Shown: positions 24,548-32,788 of the stretch, piece after piece
Layout of the letters: every line of letters starts with the position of its first letter
Numbering within the stretch: position 1 is the stretch's first letter
Virus record (IMG/VR): IMGVR_UViG_3300042278_000030
Reading direction: 5' to 3' (one strand)
DNA: 41,947 nt
DNA from: a virus
Program-made: the position numbers and the translations under genes
Notes under the pieces: model-generated
The model's database searches: none
What the model was told of the DNA's origin: nothing
Seen by the model: only the letters and a program-made list of their open reading frames with translations

Positions 24548-26386
24548 TTATCGGCCCTGCCTTCTGAGTCCAAAGGTGCTTTGCATGGATTTTGACATTG
24601 GGCCGCCTGTTGCCATGTCGGCTTGGAACATATCAATCGTAATTGTTCCGTCTCGTTGTCGCGTGACATTGGCCCCTGTCCCAGCTGGCGCGTTGTTGAT
24701 AACCACGTTTACATCCCCGCCCATGCCCTGTCCGCGAGTGTGGTCAATAACCGTTTCATTAGGGTGGAGAATGGCCGGAAACCCGCCCTTTCCGTCTATC
24801 CCGCCAGACCGAGAGCCGTAGCCCGTGAAGCCGCCGCCGTCATACGATTGCGCTACGCCAACCAGCGTCTGAGCAGCTATGACGCCAACATTTGCCGCGC
24901 CAAGCGCCTCTATTGTCGCAGCGTAAGGCGCGCCAGCGACTGGGCCAAGGCCGATAGGGGGCGGAGCCAGAGCGGCGACAGCGGCCATCTGTGTGTTAAT
25001 GATAGATGTGGCGATAGCAAAGCCCTGCTGGGCAAGGAATGCAATCCTGTAGGCGTCTGATTGCCTGCCCGCCATATCCGCAACTGCACCGGCAATGTTG
25101 CCTGCCAGCTGAGTCGTGCTCGATAGGATGGCTTGATCAAGATTTTGTTTAGCTTGACTAAATGCCTGCTGGTTCTGCAATTGCGTCTGATTGCCTTGCT
25201 GTGCAATCTGCGCCATGCGCTCCTGGTGCTGCGCGAATGCCGCCTCCCTCAGCCGCTCTTTTTCAGCCGCAGAGATGTTGAATTGCTCAATCTGGTCAAT
25301 CTGGTCGGCGTAGCGGTTGAACTCGGCCATGGCTGGATCGGCCATGGCTCGCATTTCTGCTAGAGCTTGCTCTTGCTCCCTTTGCTCTTTCAGTCGCTGC
25401 TGCTCTTCTTTTCTAGCCTGCTTAATGGCCTCCTGCTCTTTCTGGTAAGCCTCAATTCTTTGGTAAGCCCGATCAATCGCAAGGATTTGCTCAGCGTTAG
25501 CTCCAGCCAGTGCAGCTTCATAGGTCGCCGTAGCGCGGGCAGATAGGCCGATGGTTGCCGCTTGTCGTTCGGCGGCTTGGACCATTTCGAGGACTTTATC
25601 TGTAGCTTCGTCGGTTTTTTTGCCGGTCTTCTCGACCTCTTCCCAAAACTCCCTTTGTTGCTTGGTGATTTGCTCAATAGAGGCGTTTGCGTTATCAATT
25701 GTCAGCCCTGCATCGGTCAGCGCTTTTCTAAGCGACTGCACAGCGGAGTTTGAGTTGAATACAGCATCGGGGACATTTTTTCCCACAACCCTGCGGAAAG
25801 CCTCAAGGCGAGCATTTGCGAAGCGGATTGACTCTTCCGCTTCGGCTATCGCCGTCCTTTGGGTCTGGATGCTTTGCTGGAATTGGGCGTTAATGAATTG
25901 GCGCTGAAGGTCTGTGGCTCGGCCAAGCTCAGTAACAAGTTCTTTTGTCTTGTCGACAAGCTCCTCGGTAGACTCTGAGCCGGTCATCATGCTGCGGGCA
26001 AACGCGCCAGCAATGCCAGAGCCAATAGCAATCACAGCACCAAGCAGCGCACCGCCAGGCCCCATGATACCGGCAAGCTGGCTGGCCTGCTGTCCAAAGG
26101 CGACGATAGCGGACTGGCCGGCGCTAACTTGAGTGGCAAAGTCGCCGATCTGGTAGCCGGCCTGCTGGATTGCGCCTTTTTGCAGCCGGAAGGCTCCGGC
26201 CATCCTTCGGCCTGATACGGCGCTTGCTTGAAATGAGCTATTTAGGCGGAATTGGGCTGCAACTTGCGCATCTGTAGCGCGGGTGAGCTGAACAGACCCA
26301 GATCGCAAAGCCTCCATTGCCGACTGCGCCCGCTTCGCGCCGGTTACATCAAACGCTAGTGCTAAGCGGGCAACATCAGTAGCCAT
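24548..26386 (-). CDS. Tape measure protein
   Basis: 612 aa. Ala/Gln-rich coiled-coil centre with Gly-rich hydrophobic segments. Position after the G/GT genes. Confidence 0.9.
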   Translation of the reverse strand: MATDVARLALAFDVTGAKRAQSAMEALRSGSVQLTRATDAQVAAQFRLNSSFQASAVSGRRMAGAFRLQKGAIQQAGYQIGDFATQVSAGQSAIVAFGQQASQLAGIMGPGGALLGAVIAIGSGIAGAFARSMMTGSESTEELVDKTKELVTELGRATDLQRQFINAQFQQSIQTQRTAIAEAEESIRFANARLEAFRRVVGKNVPDAVFNSNSAVQSLRKALTDAGLTIDNANASIEQITKQQREFWEEVEKTGKKTDEATDKVLEMVQAAERQAATIGLSARATATYEAALAGANAEQILAIDRAYQRIEAYQKEQEAIKQARKEEQQRLKEQREQEQALAEMRAMADPAMAEFNRYADQIDQIEQFNISAAEKERLREAAFAQHQERMAQIAQQGNQTQLQNQQAFSQAKQNLDQAILSSTTQLAGNIAGAVADMAGRQSDAYRIAFLAQQGFAIATSIINTQMAAVAALAPPPIGLGPVAGAPYAATIEALGAANVGVIAAQTLVGVAQSYDGGGFTGYGSRSGGIDGKGGFPAILHPNETVIDHTRGQGMGGDVNVVINNAPAGTGANVTRQRDGTITIDMFQADMATGGPMSKSMQSTFGLRRQGR

Positions 26387-27128
26387 CAGCGCTTTCCTTT
26401 ACCTTTGGGTTGCGGGTTCTCTCTAGCCCATTGCGCGGCCTTCTCGGCCTTTAGGGCATTCACATACGCGGCATCCATGTCAATCAGCACGGCAAACTCT
26501 TCTGGCCTAATGACCTGCCCCGTGATATTCGCCCAAGCCTGCCATTCAAGCGGTGTCAGCATTTGCGGGATTCCGTTCTCGTAGCGCCGTGTCCGTGACG
26601 CCTGCTGATACCAGTTCCACAGTTGCCGCCCTCGCTCTGGATAATCCGGCTCCGGCGATTCCTCGCCAAACCTGGCATTCCGCTGCCGTCTGGTTTCGCC
26701 CTTGCTGTCCGGCGTGTTGTAGCGGGCCTCAATCCGTAAAGCCTCGCATAACTGGCGGCTCAGGCTTTGTAAAAATCCTTGATGCGGGCCGTCTCCTTGA
26801 TTATCTGCTGCTTGATCGCGGGATTGGACGCAATCTCAAGGGCCAGGGACTTGCTGTAAGCCGGAGTCTTGCCGTTCCATACCGCGTCACGCTCAAAGCG
26901 CACATCAACGATATACGCAGCCGCAATGCGGTTGTCGTGCTCGTCTTCGTCAGCCTTGGTTGCATCCTTGCCTTTCTTCAGCAGCCAGTCATTGGCCTCC
27001 CGGATGCCAGCCTTTACACGCTCATCGTGGACGCACGCCAGGGTCAGCACCAGGCCGGTCGGCTCATCGGTGGCCGGATGTACTACCTCATATTCCTTTT
27101 CAACGGGCTTGATGTTGGCAAGATCCAT
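26386..27128 (-). CDS. Predicted -1 frameshift fusion of the tail assembly chaperone (gpGT-like)
   Basis: The -1 frame is open from 22 codons before the G stop down to a TGA that overlaps the tape-measure ATG (TGATG). It has no start codon for about 70 codons. It ends in ...LTPLEWQAWANITGQVIRPEEFAVLIDMDAAYV, which is T-domain-like. Confidence 0.5.
26760..27128 (-). CDS. Tail assembly chaperone (gpG-like)
   Basis: 122 aa and acidic, lying between the tail tube and tape measure genes. Confidence 0.8.
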   Translation of the reverse strand: MDLANIKPVEKEYEVVHPATDEPTGLVLTLACVHDERVKAGIREANDWLLKKGKDATKADEDEHDNRIAAAYIVDVRFERDAVWNGKTPAYSKSLALEIASNPAIKQQIIKETARIKDFYKA

Positions 27129-27616
27129 TACGCAGCCTCGACAACGATTTCTTTCTGGTTCAGGCCGAGGGTGTAAACCTCAAGGTCGAAATCCTCGTTA
27201 CCGCCGTTCGGACGAGTCGGACCCATCACCAGGCCACGGTTGTAAAAAGTGGTCCCGTTGGTGCCTGCGGAGTTGTCCAGTTCATACTTGAATGCGTAGG
27301 AGGATTTGGTAGCAGCAGCGGCGCGCATCTGGATTTGACCAGGGTCAGTGCCGATCCGACGGCACTCGATCTCAGGGTCGCCAGCGTTGGAATTGCCCTT
27401 GCCCTTCTGGGTTACTTCGGTGGCAAGCTCGTCATAGCTGACCACGTTGGTATCGGTGCCAGTCTGCCCGACATTACCAACGCCTTTGACTTCCAGCCAG
27501 GTCAGGGCTTCATACTCGGCTTGGGTAAGGTCGATGTCTTGCGGTAGTGCAGCTTGGGTCGTGGTGTCCACCGCGATATAGAACTTTGCGCCCGCTTGGG
27601 TCAATGCTCCGGCCAT
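27128..27616 (-). CDS. Major tail tube protein
   Basis: 162 aa. It has its own promoter and a strong SD (GGAGAcaccaaaATG). Position is consistent. Confidence 0.85.
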   Translation of the reverse strand: MAGALTQAGAKFYIAVDTTTQAALPQDIDLTQAEYEALTWLEVKGVGNVGQTGTDTNVVSYDELATEVTQKGKGNSNAGDPEIECRRIGTDPGQIQMRAAAATKSSYAFKYELDNSAGTNGTTFYNRGLVMGPTRPNGGNEDFDLEVYTLGLNQKEIVVEAA

Positions 27617-27672
27617 TTTGGTGTCTCCAGTTTCAGGATTGTGCTGTCATCACGACAGGGGTCTGTGGTTGC

Positions 27673-27700
27673 AGTATAACCTATGTTGGGGTATAGGCAA
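27673..27700 (-). promoter_or_regulatory. Sigma70-like promoter for the tail tube gene
   Basis: Minus strand TTGCCT - 16 nt - TATACT. The -35 lies within the preceding terminator U-tract. Confidence 0.55.
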
Positions 27701-27724
27701 AAGAAAGCCCGCAACAAGGCGGGC
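27698..27724 (-). terminator. Intrinsic terminator upstream of the tail tube gene
   Basis: Minus strand GCCCGC cttgtt GCGGGC followed by TTTCTTTTG. Confidence 0.6.
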
Positions 27725-27781
27725 AAGGAAATGAGTACAACAACAGATCGGAGCGTCATCAGCGACGAGTCCGCAACTACT

Positions 27782-28177
27782 TTAACCTGAATATGGGATG
27801 GTGACAACCTTCATCATCATACCGCCCTCTGCGTCAAGGCTCAGGAAGTAGGGCGGCTCCTGCACTCGCACATTGCCAGTAATTGCCGTGCCCTTTGGAA
27901 ACACCGCCTTAACTTCCTCCGCCGCCGCGTCCAGCGCGTTAACTCCATTACCGGGCCGGTCGTACACTGTCACCTGAAACAGCCCTTGTGGCGTAACTTC
28001 CTCGGTGTTGCCGGTATCGTAGGCAATGCCACGGTTTGGCATGAACATGACTTCCAGCCAGACGCCGGAGTCTGGGGGCGTGAAGTTGTAGCCGGGGTAG
28101 GCGGTGGGATGACCTAGTGCCGCGTTGTTTAGCAACGTGATCAGGGCGGTATAGATTTCGTTGTTGGTTGGGGTCAT
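27782..28177 (-). CDS. Tail terminator / tail completion protein (DUF4128-like)
   Basis: 131 aa. Position immediately upstream of the tail tube gene. Confidence 0.7.
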   Translation of the reverse strand: MTPTNNEIYTALITLLNNAALGHPTAYPGYNFTPPDSGVWLEVMFMPNRGIAYDTGNTEEVTPQGLFQVTVYDRPGNGVNALDAAAEEVKAVFPKGTAITGNVRVQEPPYFLSLDAEGGMMMKVVTIPYSG

Positions 28178-28599
28178 CTCTTAACCCTCTCCTCAAGCCG
28201 TTTGGCGTTGCGTTGGACAATGCTGTTCCAGTTTTGGGCGGCTAGGCGGAGGAAGCGATACCTTGCCTCCATATAAACGCTGTACCGGGCAGTCCAACCA
28301 AATATGATTCTGTCGCCTAGTTGTGCCCTTGAAATTATAAGAGCGGCTGCATCAGAATCCCACGTTCCGCCTGCATAACTGTCTGGCTTTATAGACTCTC
28401 CAGACGGCGTATTATTTAGGGCGGCGACACCGCTATTCCTCAAGAACCCGGTATCTACTGGCATGTTCCCGCCAGATCCTCTTGGCCTTTGAGCTTCCTC
28501 AATCAAATCTTGCGCAGACTGCCTAAACACAGCAGTCATTCTCGGCGTTGATTTGGCAACAAAAGCGCCAACCTGGCTGGCGAAGTCGTTTTTTGCCAT
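28174..28599 (-). CDS. HK97 gp10-like head-tail joining protein
   Basis: ATG 28599 overlaps the HNH stop (TAATG). VDTGFLRNS is the gp10-family motif. Confidence 0.75.
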   Translation of the reverse strand: MAKNDFASQVGAFVAKSTPRMTAVFRQSAQDLIEEAQRPRGSGGNMPVDTGFLRNSGVAALNNTPSGESIKPDSYAGGTWDSDAAALIISRAQLGDRIIFGWTARYSVYMEARYRFLRLAAQNWNSIVQRNAKRLEERVKR

Positions 28600-29423
28600 T
28601 AAATATGCCTCCAATTTCGCCCCTGCCTGATGCAGTAAATGGTTGTTGGCTTTACGCCAAGTATGTTTGCAACCTCTGCGGCAGTCAAATGGGCCAGATC
28701 ATACTTAGCCATCCTTGCCTGATCTTCCGTTAGCTTTGACCATGGTGCTTTTTCTCCGTACAAGTGCGTCCCATGATCGTATCTATCGTGGCAATTGTCG
28801 ATTACGGTTGCCCATCTTAAATGCCGTGGGTTTACGCAACCCTTATTCCCATTGCCGCAACTGTGTGCGGCCTGCATGTCGTCCTTGGGCGGCATACCGT
28901 GAGCCGCCTCGCACATGACTCTCGATGCTATCCGCTTCCTGCCGTCTTTTGTTTGAATAGTTCCATAGCCATTTGTCAGAGTTGAGAATGGCCAGCGCAG
29001 ACAATCGTCGCCATCATAATCCTTGTGTCGATCAATCCAGCCAGTCGGGCTATTTTTCTCATGGTACAGAGGGTCGCCATGAGCTAAAAAGCAATTGTAG
29101 TGCCTTGAGCAATACGATTTTGAGTAGTGCTTTCTTTCGCAACCCTCGATCGAGCAATATCTAGGCTTTTCGGATTCATACAATGCGTCAACTGAGCCAA
29201 GTCGCTTCTTTCTTAGGTGGTGTGCTCGGCACAGCCCTCTTGTGTCGGGCTTGCTATGGCATCCCTCAACAATGCATTCTTTTGGAACTTGGCCGGGGCC
29301 GTAGGTATTGGTACGCCCTGCTAGAGGATCACCATATTGCTTATACTTTGCGTAATGCTTGCCACAATAACCGATCTTCACATGCCGCTTATTCTCGCAG
29401 CCATCAACAATGCAGGTTTTCAT
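28599..29423 (-). CDS. Free-standing HNH homing-type endonuclease with three N-terminal Cys/His repeats and a C-terminal HTH
   Basis: Three repeats of C-x-V/I-D/E-GC...G-x-C-x-x-H. HNH core AAHSCGNGNKGCVNPRHLRWAT...N. HTH AAEVANILGVKPTTIYCIRQG. GC is lower than in neighbouring genes. Confidence 0.9.
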   Translation of the reverse strand: MKTCIVDGCENKRHVKIGYCGKHYAKYKQYGDPLAGRTNTYGPGQVPKECIVEGCHSKPDTRGLCRAHHLRKKRLGSVDALYESEKPRYCSIEGCERKHYSKSYCSRHYNCFLAHGDPLYHEKNSPTGWIDRHKDYDGDDCLRWPFSTLTNGYGTIQTKDGRKRIASRVMCEAAHGMPPKDDMQAAHSCGNGNKGCVNPRHLRWATVIDNCHDRYDHGTHLYGEKAPWSKLTEDQARMAKYDLAHLTAAEVANILGVKPTTIYCIRQGRNWRHI

Positions 29424-29441
29424 AACGTCGCCTCGCGTTCT

Positions 29442-29509
29442 CGCCTATAGAAAGGATGTGTGGCAACGCGATAGGCGTAACGCGCTTTCGGGGATCAGCC
29501 TAGCCACAC
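29442..29509 (-). promoter_or_regulatory. Interleaved 7-bp inverted repeats (pseudoknot topology) in the 5' leader of the HNH gene
   Basis: On the + strand, CGCCTAT (29442-48) pairs with ATAGGCG (29471-77), and GTGTGGC (29458-64) pairs with GCCACAC (29503-09). The arms interleave as B-A-B'-A'. Confidence 0.35.
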
Positions 29510-29526
29510 AAAACAGTATAGCAGTT

Positions 29527-30582
29527 TTACTTGAACCCTTCGATCCTTACTTGGCGGCCCAGGAAATTTATGCGTGTTATGAGTGCACACCTGCACTGAA
29601 CGACTTGGCTTGCACTCGCACCCAAAGCAGTGTCGCCAGGAAATCTAAGGCGACTCCCATCTGGCGCGATAAAGGCTTGCTCGAACGGGATTGGATTCGC
29701 CATATATTGTTGTTCCATCTGCAAATGATCCAGCCTTGTCCGAGCATCTGAGCTGCTGTCCCACGCCTTCGATACGTCCTGCGCATCCAGCTCGCCACGA
29801 ACAACCGCCTGCCGAATGGCCTCAAACTGTCCGGCGCGGAGGGCGTTGATAGACTCCGTGCGGCTTATGACCTCGCCCCGGTAGCGCAATGTGCGCGCCT
29901 GCATCCGACTAATCGCCGTATTGATCTGGCGCTCAGTCAGCGGCTTGCCCTCCTCGATTGCTTTCCGCACAGCGCCATCTAACCGCTTGTCCCTGAGTTC
30001 GCGGGTCAGATAGTTCGGGTTCAGGCTTTCAAGCTCCTCTCGGGCGGTGGCTACCCATTGGGCCTGCCTGCTCGTGAGGCCAATAAAGCCGCCAACCCTT
30101 TGCCCGCTTTTGCGGTCAATCCTCCCCACCAAGTCTAACGCGCTCTGACGCGGATTATCGCCACGCGCAAGGCCAGCCGTCAGCCGCTCCCTGACCATCT
30201 GGCGCTGCTCGTCAAAGACCTCAGTGATCAGCCGTGACGACAGGTTGGCCAGCCACGCCTCGGCAGCCGGAGCGGCCATATTAAAGCGCATGACAAGCGT
30301 GCCGGTTTCGGTGGGTATGGTGCCGATCTGCTCAGCGCCCGTTAGTCCGCCTTGCCGGTATGCCTGCCTGATGGCTTCTTCAAGCGGCTCAAACGTGGCG
30401 CGGTCAAGCTGCAAAAGCTCAATCACGCCATCCACGTTGCCCACCTCCAGCAGGCGCACGATCTCATGAATGACCACCTGATCCTTGACGGACTGGACGG
30501 CCTTGCGGAAGGCGCTGAGGACGGCGAGTTCGTTGTCTTTTGCTATTCGGGAGAGGTTCACTTTCTGCACCCGACAAACCAC
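29527..30582 (-). CDS. Head morphogenesis protein (SPP1 gp7 / Mu F-like)
   Basis: The C-terminal ...SSSDARTRLDHLQMEQQ...VVQCRCALI resembles the Mu F family. The start may instead be GTG 30561 (GTGA overlap with the upstream stop). Confidence 0.8.
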   Translation of the reverse strand: MVCRVQKVNLSRIAKDNELAVLSAFRKAVQSVKDQVVIHEIVRLLEVGNVDGVIELLQLDRATFEPLEEAIRQAYRQGGLTGAEQIGTIPTETGTLVMRFNMAAPAAEAWLANLSSRLITEVFDEQRQMVRERLTAGLARGDNPRQSALDLVGRIDRKSGQRVGGFIGLTSRQAQWVATAREELESLNPNYLTRELRDKRLDGAVRKAIEEGKPLTERQINTAISRMQARTLRYRGEVISRTESINALRAGQFEAIRQAVVRGELDAQDVSKAWDSSSDARTRLDHLQMEQQYMANPIPFEQAFIAPDGSRLRFPGDTALGASASQVVQCRCALITRINFLGRQVRIEGFK

Positions 30583-30917
30583 ACCAACTGCCCATCAGCA
30601 GGCAGAACAGTAGGCGAGTCAACCATCACAATCTGGTACGTTTCGCCGTTAATCGTCATCGTACCCGACAACGTAGGCTCAACCTCAAACGGCGCAACGG
30701 CTAAAAGAATGTCAGTGGCGACGATATAGCCGCCGTCGATGTAGGTCTGCTTTTCGCGGCCCTGAGGCTGTACGGCGCTAACTGGGTATGACTGGCCGGG
30801 AGTGGGTGGGTTAAACGGGTCGCCGTCTGAGCCTGGGGCGTTATATACCACCGCGCCTTGCTGGTATTTGCCAATCAAGCGGCTGGCTGTGGCTTGCATT
30901 CGGGTGTAGAAGCTCAT
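30558..30917 (-). CDS. Head-tail joining / head closure candidate
   Basis: ATG 30917 forms an ATGA overlap with the upstream stop. Assigned from position only. Confidence 0.6.
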   Translation of the reverse strand: MSFYTRMQATASRLIGKYQQGAVVYNAPGSDGDPFNPPTPGQSYPVSAVQPQGREKQTYIDGGYIVATDILLAVAPFEVEPTLSGTMTINGETYQIVMVDSPTVLPADGQLVWFVGCRK

Positions 30918-31201
30918 TGAATCGCCTCCATCCACTCAAAGTTTAAAACGCCGCAACGTCTGCACTGATGGCCACTTGGGGTCAAGTAAAACAGATTACT
31001 CCCGCAATTACAGCGCCACATTGTGTCTGGAACTTGCGGGCCGCGCATGACACCAAAAAACTTGCGGCAGCTCGGGCACTCCATTAATTCGGCATCTTTC
31101 TCTTTGACCATCACCGCCTGCCATTCATGGCCGCACTCGGTGCAGATAGCAGGGCCAGAAAGGTGTGGCTTAAAGCTGTTTATATCGACAACTTCAGCCA
31201 C
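30914..31201 (-). CDS. 95-aa double zinc-ribbon protein inside the head-tail module
   Basis: GTG 31201 follows GAGGTG. Four Cys pairs: CTEC, CPSC, CNC and CRRC. Confidence 0.55.
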   Translation of the reverse strand: MAEVVDINSFKPHLSGPAICTECGHEWQAVMVKEKDAELMECPSCRKFFGVMRGPQVPDTMWRCNCGSNLFYLTPSGHQCRRCGVLNFEWMEAIQ

Positions 31202-31562
31202 GGCGCACCTCAAACGTATTCCCACCAGCACTCCCCAAATAAGGCCGCAACAGCGCCGCCAACTGCGGGTAGTAGGTTGACTGCCTCCCGGTGTCGCTGT
31301 AGCTCACAGACACAGCCCCTGCTACGCTCTCGGACAACACGCGCTGGCCCTGCGGGGCTAGCAGGTCTTCGCCTGAGTCGATCAGCAGGGCGGCAACCAT
31401 TTGGGCGGTTTTGATCTGGTCAGGCACAGGGTCAGGGACAGTTAGGTTTTGCGTGTCCAGGTAGTCCATGGCTTTGATCAGCAAAACGTCAGGGTCGCCA
31501 ACCAGCGTTATTCCTCGGGCGCTGGCGTAGCCTTGCAGTTCTGTAGCGGTTGCGTAGCTCAT
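31194..31562 (-). CDS. Head-tail adaptor (DnaT-like/gp6-like)
   Basis: MSYATATELQGYASARGI... is a typical adaptor N-terminus. SD GGAGcctcaataATG. Confidence 0.75.
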   Translation of the reverse strand: MSYATATELQGYASARGITLVGDPDVLLIKAMDYLDTQNLTVPDPVPDQIKTAQMVAALLIDSGEDLLAPQGQRVLSESVAGAVSVSYSDTGRQSTYYPQLAALLRPYLGSAGGNTFEVRRG

Positions 31563-31589
31563 TATTGAGGCTCCGTTTAATTTTCACTC

Positions 31590-31598
31590 ATTCTAGCA
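31590..31598 (-). promoter_or_regulatory. Extended -10 element (TGcTAGAAT) right after the capsid terminator
   Basis: Minus strand GCGGGGCTTTTTTGTGCTAGAATgagtg. No good -35. Confidence 0.35.
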
Positions 31599-31624
31599 CA
31601 AAAAAGCCCCGCATATAGCAGGGC
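31597..31624 (-). terminator. Intrinsic terminator after the capsid gene and mini-ORF
   Basis: Minus strand GCCCTGC tatat GCGGGGC (one G-U pair) followed by TTTTTTGTG. Confidence 0.75.
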
Positions 31625-31643
31625 TCCTTTGCAGCCTTTCGGC

Positions 31644-31760
31644 TTACTTCTTGCGCTTTTCCCGCTTAATTTCAGCCAGCTTTTCCGGGCTAACGCGCTG
31701 GCCCGGAATCAGGCCGTCCTTGTTTCGCTTTTCCTGTTGCGCTTTTGCTTCTTCGGCCAT
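31644..31760 (-). CDS. 38-aa Lys/Glu-rich mini-ORF downstream of the capsid gene
   Basis: GAGGAAactgaccATG. Sequence MAEEAKAQQEKRNKDGLIPGQRVSPEKLAEIKREKRKK. Confidence 0.4.
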   Translation of the reverse strand: MAEEAKAQQEKRNKDGLIPGQRVSPEKLAEIKREKRKK

Positions 31761-31771
31761 GGTCAGTTTCC

Positions 31772-32785
31772 TCAGTTGTGAACGTAGAAGGCCATGCCAA
31801 CGTTTTCACGCTGGTATGTCCGGGTCCAGTTGGCAGCCGCCTCAACCTCAGCCACTGTCGGGCCAGCGGCAGCTGCAACAGAGGCCTCGTTCCAGCGGTA
31901 GCCCATCGGGTGGATCAGCCACTGCTTGCGCTCCCACAGGGTCTCAATGCCCGCACCGTTACCAGCGGACTCGTCGTACTCGACAGCAACAGGACGCTCC
32001 GGGGTGCCTTCTGCGTAGCCGAAGACGCCGCCAGTGTACAGTACAGACACGTACTTGAAGCCAGAAGTGCCGCCAGCAATAACCGGCATCTTCTTGTCCT
32101 GAACGAGTCGCTTGCCGTTGTAGAACGGGATCATCAGGCCGGTCTCGCTGTCCTGAATGAACTCGATCTGATTCTGCTTGCGCATCTGCGCCATGGTGTC
32201 GGGATGCACAGCCAGCAGGGTGATGTTGTCGTCGGACTCGCCCATGGTAGCGACGGCGTCAACGAATCCCTCAAAGCTCCACTTGTTGGCGGCGGTTGCG
32301 TTATCGCCGTCCTCGGTGGACACGTCGAAGATCATATCGCCAGTGCCGGCGGCGTTTTCGTTGAAGATGCCAAGCGTTGCTGCCTGAATCCGAGCGGCAA
32401 AGCGCTGATCCCAGTAGGCCGCAGTGCGTGACGCAATCTGCTGCATCGGGTTTTCGGAGCCCATCACAGAGGACACCAGGTTAGCAGTCTGCCAGCCGTT
32501 GTTCAGGTGAACACGACGGGCAACCATGCGGCCAGTGTCGATCTTGTCAGGAGTGGCGTTTTCAGTCGGGTCGTCGCTGGAGATATTCTCGCCAGAGGCG
32601 TCCAGATCCTTCCAGTACGGCACAGAGGTAATGTCGCCAGAGCCAGAAGCGCGGGCGGCGAGGTCTGCGTTAGTGACGGCTACACCGGATTGAATGTAGG
32701 CGTTGCGGTCCGGGCGATTTTCCTGCACATACGACAGGTACACATCCGGATCAAATTGAATATCAGAGAGTTGTGTGGTGGCCAT
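31772..32785 (-). CDS. Major capsid protein
   Basis: 337 aa. Follows the scaffold gene and is followed by a strong terminator. Confidence 0.9.
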   Translation of the reverse strand: MATTQLSDIQFDPDVYLSYVQENRPDRNAYIQSGVAVTNADLAARASGSGDITSVPYWKDLDASGENISSDDPTENATPDKIDTGRMVARRVHLNNGWQTANLVSSVMGSENPMQQIASRTAAYWDQRFAARIQAATLGIFNENAAGTGDMIFDVSTEDGDNATAANKWSFEGFVDAVATMGESDDNITLLAVHPDTMAQMRKQNQIEFIQDSETGLMIPFYNGKRLVQDKKMPVIAGGTSGFKYVSVLYTGGVFGYAEGTPERPVAVEYDESAGNGAGIETLWERKQWLIHPMGYRWNEASVAAAAGPTVAEVEAAANWTRTYQRENVGMAFYVHN

Positions 32786-32788
32786 GGT

